From assembly GCA_036003145.1 (NCBI GenBank), contig DASYSQ010000121.1:16052-80051 (forward strand): a stretch of 64,000 nt of DNA, in the 5' to 3' direction. The notes under the pieces were generated by a model, which had not been told where the DNA came from, searched no databases, and was given only the letters and a program-made list of their open reading frames with translations. This DNA is from Pseudolabrys sp. (GTDB lineage: Bacteria; Pseudomonadota; Alphaproteobacteria; Rhizobiales; Xanthobacteraceae). Positions within the stretch are counted from its first letter, which is position 1. Every line of letters starts with the position of its first letter. Below are positions 60,186 to 64,000 of the stretch, piece by piece. The position numbers were made by a program, and so were the translations under genes.

Positions 60186-61928
60186 ATGAGCGTCCGCCCC
60201 GCTGAGAAGCTGGCCATCGCCGTCGCGCAACTCAACTCGACTGTTGGCGACCTCGCCGGCAACGTCGAAAAAGTGAAAAGTGCACGCGCGGCTGCCGCCG
60301 CGCAGGGCGCCGACCTGGTTGTCTTTCCGGAGTTGTTCATCGCCGGGTATCCGCCCGAGGATCTCGTGCTCAAGCCGGCATTTCAGAATGCCTGTCGGTC
60401 AGCCATCGAAGCGTTGGCACGAGAAACAGCCCCCGCGGGTCCGGCTCTGCTGGTTGGCACGCCATGGCTCGACAGCGGGAAGCTTCATAACGCTGTCGCG
60501 CTGCTCGATGGCGGCGCCATCGCTGCCCTGCGCTACAAGGTTGATCTTCCCAACTACGGCGTATTCGATGAAAAACGCGTGTTCGTGCCGGGACCAATGC
60601 CAGGACCGGTGAATTTCCGCGGGGTCCGCCTGGGGCTTCCGATCTGTGAAGATATCTGGGGCGCTGAGGTCGTTGAGTGTCTGGCAGAAACAGGTGCGGA
60701 AATGCTCATTGTCCCGAATGGCTCGCCATACTGGCGGCAGAAGGGCGACGTACGTCTCAATATTGCGGTGGCGCGCGTAACCGAGCAGGGACTGCCGACG
60801 GTCTATGTCAACCAGGTAGGCGGTCAGGACGAGTTGGTGTTCGACGGTGTGTCCTTCGGTTTGCATGCGGATTGCTCGCTTGCATTCCAACTCGCTGCTT
60901 TTGAAGAGACGATCGTCACCACCCAGTGGGTTCGCCGCAGCGGCACCTGGCGCTGCGAGAATGGCCCGGTGATCGGTAGCGTGGAAGCCGATCGTGCCGA
61001 CTACACGGCCTGCGTGCTGGGTCTGCGCGACTACGTCAACAAAAATGGATTTCCCGGCGTCGTGCTGGGTTTGTCCGGCGGCATCGATTCTGCCTTGTGC
61101 AGCGCGATGGCGGTCGATGCTTTGGGTGCGGGGCGAGTCCGCTGCATAATGCTTCCGTACAAGTTCACCTCGCAGGAGTCGCTCAAAGATGCCGCAGCGT
61201 GCGCCAAGGCGCTCGGCGTACGTTATGAGACGTTGCCGATCGCATCGGCAGTGGAGGGGTTCGAAGCGGCACTTGCACCGGCTTTTTCGGGCGTCCCGCG
61301 CGATGTCACGGAAGAAAACTTGCAGGCCCGTGCGCGCGGCACAATCCTTATGGCGATTTCCAACAAGTTCAATCTCATGGTGGTAACGACCGGAAACAAA
61401 TCGGAAATGTCGGTCGGCTATGCGACTCTCTATGGCGACATGAATGGCGGCTTCAATCCGATCAAGGACCTGTACAAAACCGAGGTGTTCCGGCTTGCTC
61501 GCTTGCGCAACGGCTGGAAGCCGGAAGGTGCCAAAGGACCGGATGGGCCGGTTATTCCCGAAAATATCATTACACGGCCGCCAACCGCAGAATTGCGAGA
61601 AAATCAGAAGGACGAAGACTCTCTGCCAGCTTATGCGGTGCTTGATCCCATCCTCGAGCGCCTCGTTGAGCGCGAGGAACCGGTGTCCGCTATCGTCAAC
61701 GCCGGTTTCGACCGCGATACCGTGATGCGCGTTGATCGCATGATCAATATCGCGGAATATAAACGCCGTCAGGCAGCTCCCGGCGTGAAGGTCACGCTCA
61801 AGAATTTCGGCCGCGACCGGCGCTATCCGATCACAAATCGTTTCCGCGATCCGGGCATGCCAATGCCGCCGCCCGATGTTTCCCTGATCACCGGCAAGCC
61901 CGTAAAGTCTGAGGCATTCGACTTTTGA
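60186..61928 (+). CDS. nadE: Glutamine-dependent NAD+ synthetase
   Basis: N-terminal CN-hydrolase (FPE, K, ICEDIW) plus SGGIDS, ENLQAR, TGNKSE..GY.TLYGD and PTAEL. Confidence 0.96.
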   Translation: MSVRPAEKLAIAVAQLNSTVGDLAGNVEKVKSARAAAAAQGADLVVFPELFIAGYPPEDLVLKPAFQNACRSAIEALARETAPAGPALLVGTPWLDSGKLHNAVALLDGGAIAALRYKVDLPNYGVFDEKRVFVPGPMPGPVNFRGVRLGLPICEDIWGAEVVECLAETGAEMLIVPNGSPYWRQKGDVRLNIAVARVTEQGLPTVYVNQVGGQDELVFDGVSFGLHADCSLAFQLAAFEETIVTTQWVRRSGTWRCENGPVIGSVEADRADYTACVLGLRDYVNKNGFPGVVLGLSGGIDSALCSAMAVDALGAGRVRCIMLPYKFTSQESLKDAAACAKALGVRYETLPIASAVEGFEAALAPAFSGVPRDVTEENLQARARGTILMAISNKFNLMVVTTGNKSEMSVGYATLYGDMNGGFNPIKDLYKTEVFRLARLRNGWKPEGAKGPDGPVIPENIITRPPTAELRENQKDEDSLPAYAVLDPILERLVEREEPVSAIVNAGFDRDTVMRVDRMINIAEYKRRQAAPGVKVTLKNFGRDRRYPITNRFRDPGMPMPPPDVSLITGKPVKSEAFDF

Positions 61929-61937
61929 CCGACCACA

Positions 61938-63023
61938 CTATCGCGTCGGCAGAAAGGTCGGGCCGACCGTGCGCACAGTGCGTTTGACTGGAGCAGTTTG
62001 GCCAGGCGCCTCCGCAGCTGGAACCGAATCCGCGGGCGTAGTTGCAATTGCCGGTGCAGGTGCTGGCGCACGCTGTTCGGATCGGATTGGCTTGCCATCG
62101 GCGCCGATCCGCGGTTGGGAGAGTTGTTTGGCGTTTTGCTCGGTGACGACCACATCGCCAGGAACGACCGTATCGTCCGGCCCAAGGGCCTTGAGCGTTT
62201 GCGCCCAGCTTTCTCCCGGACGGCGACAGCTGCAGGCAGGGTCCACCGCCTTGCGATACTGGAAGGCGGTCGGAAGCTCTGTGTAGGGCCTGCCATTGAG
62301 CGAAACCGCCTGCGCCATTTCCTCGCCTGGATTGTGATAGGTGTAGAGCGAAACTTCGGACGCCGGACACATGCGCTGACAGCTTTGCTCGTCATTGCGG
62401 AAGCGATCGGGCGACGTCGAGTAGGAAATCGGGAAATAAAAACCGTCACAGGTACGTACGCACACGGTGCGGAAGGTACCGCCCATTGGTCCAAGGGGCG
62501 TTGAAACCACACTGCCGCCGCCATTGTCACCAAACAGACGATCCCAGAAGCCGCCCTGCTGACCGGCGAGAGCGGCGGAGCGATATTGCGCGCCGCATCC
62601 ATTGTCACCCAGCGCGATCAATAATCCCCGGCGTTGGGCAGCACGCTCAGTGGTACCACCGTTGAGCCGCTCGAGATCGTTCCGCATGCGCTCAAGCGCG
62701 CTGCGCTGCTGATCGATCTGCCGACTCAGCCCGCCGCACCGTGGCTGCGTATTGCTGAAGATGGAGAAAAATCCGGACGTTTCACAGCCGGTCCGGCGCG
62801 ACTGCGCCACCAGTCGGTCGACTTCGAATTGCTGACGGTTGACCGTGTCTTCGATTCGGCGAATTTGTTCGACGCGGGCCGGATCGGTGTTGCCTCGATC
62901 GAGCGTTGCGAGTTGGGCTTCCAGCCGCTGGCAGGCCGGATTGGACGACTGCGCATGCGCCGTGGCGAGGCTCGTCAGCGCCAGCAAGGCAATCACTCCG
63001 GACTTGCAGGATGAATCGCTCAT
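61938..63023 (-). CDS. DUF2865 domain exported protein
   Basis: Signal peptide, coiled coil and TVCVRTCDGFYFPIS...C...CP...AF.YR....CSC. Confidence 0.87.
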   Translation of the reverse strand: MSDSSCKSGVIALLALTSLATAHAQSSNPACQRLEAQLATLDRGNTDPARVEQIRRIEDTVNRQQFEVDRLVAQSRRTGCETSGFFSIFSNTQPRCGGLSRQIDQQRSALERMRNDLERLNGGTTERAAQRRGLLIALGDNGCGAQYRSAALAGQQGGFWDRLFGDNGGGSVVSTPLGPMGGTFRTVCVRTCDGFYFPISYSTSPDRFRNDEQSCQRMCPASEVSLYTYHNPGEEMAQAVSLNGRPYTELPTAFQYRKAVDPACSCRRPGESWAQTLKALGPDDTVVPGDVVVTEQNAKQLSQPRIGADGKPIRSEQRAPAPAPAIATTPADSVPAAEAPGQTAPVKRTVRTVGPTFLPTR

Positions 63024-63069
63024 GCGTGGACACTCTAGGCTGAAAATTACGGTGGGGCGAGCCTTGTTG

Positions 63070-63942
63070 TCAGTGCGCGCGTGCGACTTCAGAACGCAGG
63101 TTCCAGAGTACGCCGGAAACGATGATCATGGCGCCAAGCAGGACGAAAACGTCAAGTCGCTCGCCGTAGAAAGCCCAGCCAACTACTGCGATCAGCGGAA
63201 TACGCATGAAGTCCAGGGGCACAACCAGAGTCGCATCGCCGGATCGGAATGCGTTACTCAGGCAATAGTGGGATGTGAGTCCCGCCACGCCGACCCCGAT
63301 TGCAGGCAAAATGTGACGGAGTTCGAAACGCATAAACACGGTCGGGTCGCTGCCGATGAGCGAGAGAGGGAGCTGGATGACCGCCATCCAAAATACGATG
63401 CCAAAGGTGGTCTCGGTTTTCGTCAGCTGTTTGGTTGTGATCATGGTGATGGCGTAGCCGAACGCCGCCAGCAATACCAAAATCGCTGCTGGGTTGAAGC
63501 CCGCGACACCGGGCCGCAGGATTACGAGCACACCGATCAACCCAAGGATTACGACGCCGAGACGACTTGGCGTCAGACGTTCGTGCAAGAACCAGACAGC
63601 GAGGACGGCCGTCCACGCCGGCATCGTGAATTCCAGCGCGAACACCGTCGCAAGCGGCAGCATTGTAAGGCTGAGAGCCCACGAATATTGCGAAGCGTAG
63701 TGGACCGTATTGCGGAAAAGATTGAGGCCCATCCGCCGAGGCAGCGCGTGGACACGCAGATCCTTCCGCACGGCCAAAAGCGTAAGAAGGACGAAAAGAG
63801 CGACGCCGCTACGGATGGCGAGGATTTCGAAAATGCTCAATCCGGCACGCGATAATTCGCGGATTGACACTGCCATGACAGAAAACGAGAGCAATGCGCC
63901 AACCATCCAAAGGACGACGCGCGCGATTTTATTGTCGGTCAC
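63070..63942 (-). CDS. DMT/EamA family transporter
   Basis: Ten TMs in two EamA repeats, L.E and G..G.L.I.RPG. Confidence 0.9.
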   Translation of the reverse strand: MTDNKIARVVLWMVGALLSFSVMAVSIRELSRAGLSIFEILAIRSGVALFVLLTLLAVRKDLRVHALPRRMGLNLFRNTVHYASQYSWALSLTMLPLATVFALEFTMPAWTAVLAVWFLHERLTPSRLGVVILGLIGVLVILRPGVAGFNPAAILVLLAAFGYAITMITTKQLTKTETTFGIVFWMAVIQLPLSLIGSDPTVFMRFELRHILPAIGVGVAGLTSHYCLSNAFRSGDATLVVPLDFMRIPLIAVVGWAFYGERLDVFVLLGAMIIVSGVLWNLRSEVARAH

Positions 63943-64000
63943 GTGTTGTCCGTTGGCGGTGCAGGGAATGAGTGGTGTGGTTTGATTGTCGAACGTGCGC

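Noticed and set aside
60186-61000. Second nitrilase-like domain possibly linked to the nitrilase operon
   Set aside because: It is the normal glutaminase domain of glutamine-dependent NadE.
62839-63855. 338-aa plus-strand ORF and many similar long overlapping ORFs across the window
   Set aside because: Antisense or off-frame shadows expected in high-GC DNA. The opposite strand carries well-supported genes.

Overview
GC-rich alphaproteobacterial chromosome segment. Gene content and synteny point to Hyphomicrobiales/Rhizobiales, probably Xanthobacteraceae/Nitrobacteraceae-like. Most of it is recognisable backbone: PepSY-feuP-feuQ, a surface lipoprotein, ccmIEFH (cycHJKL), degP with an OmpR-family two-component pair, glnE, pleC, pepN, a CDF transporter, dusA, a second PleC/DivJ-family kinase, apbC, a TRAP system with two binding proteins, moaA, gph, rpiA, gor, class II DAHP synthase and nadE. 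I saw no tRNA, rRNA, CRISPR array, transposase or integrase. Three things stand out. (1) An accessory ~11 kb LysR-controlled operon (29.1-39.6 kb) encodes a type-E 'complex II'-like enzyme (flavoprotein, Fe-S subunit, HdrB/CCG anchor) with a Liv-type ABC importer and a nitrilase. Its flavoprotein appears to lack the covalent-FAD His and both arginines of the succinate/fumarate site, making it a candidate undescribed catabolic/respiratory module. (2) A tandem structured RNA-like element lies downstream of degP: two hairpins with different, compensating stems carry an identical 13-nt C-rich loop, each followed by a strong hairpin. (3) A 47-aa peptide at the left edge has a RiPP-type leader motif and a two-Cys core. 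All alignments were by eye, no database searches were run, and start codons are best estimates.
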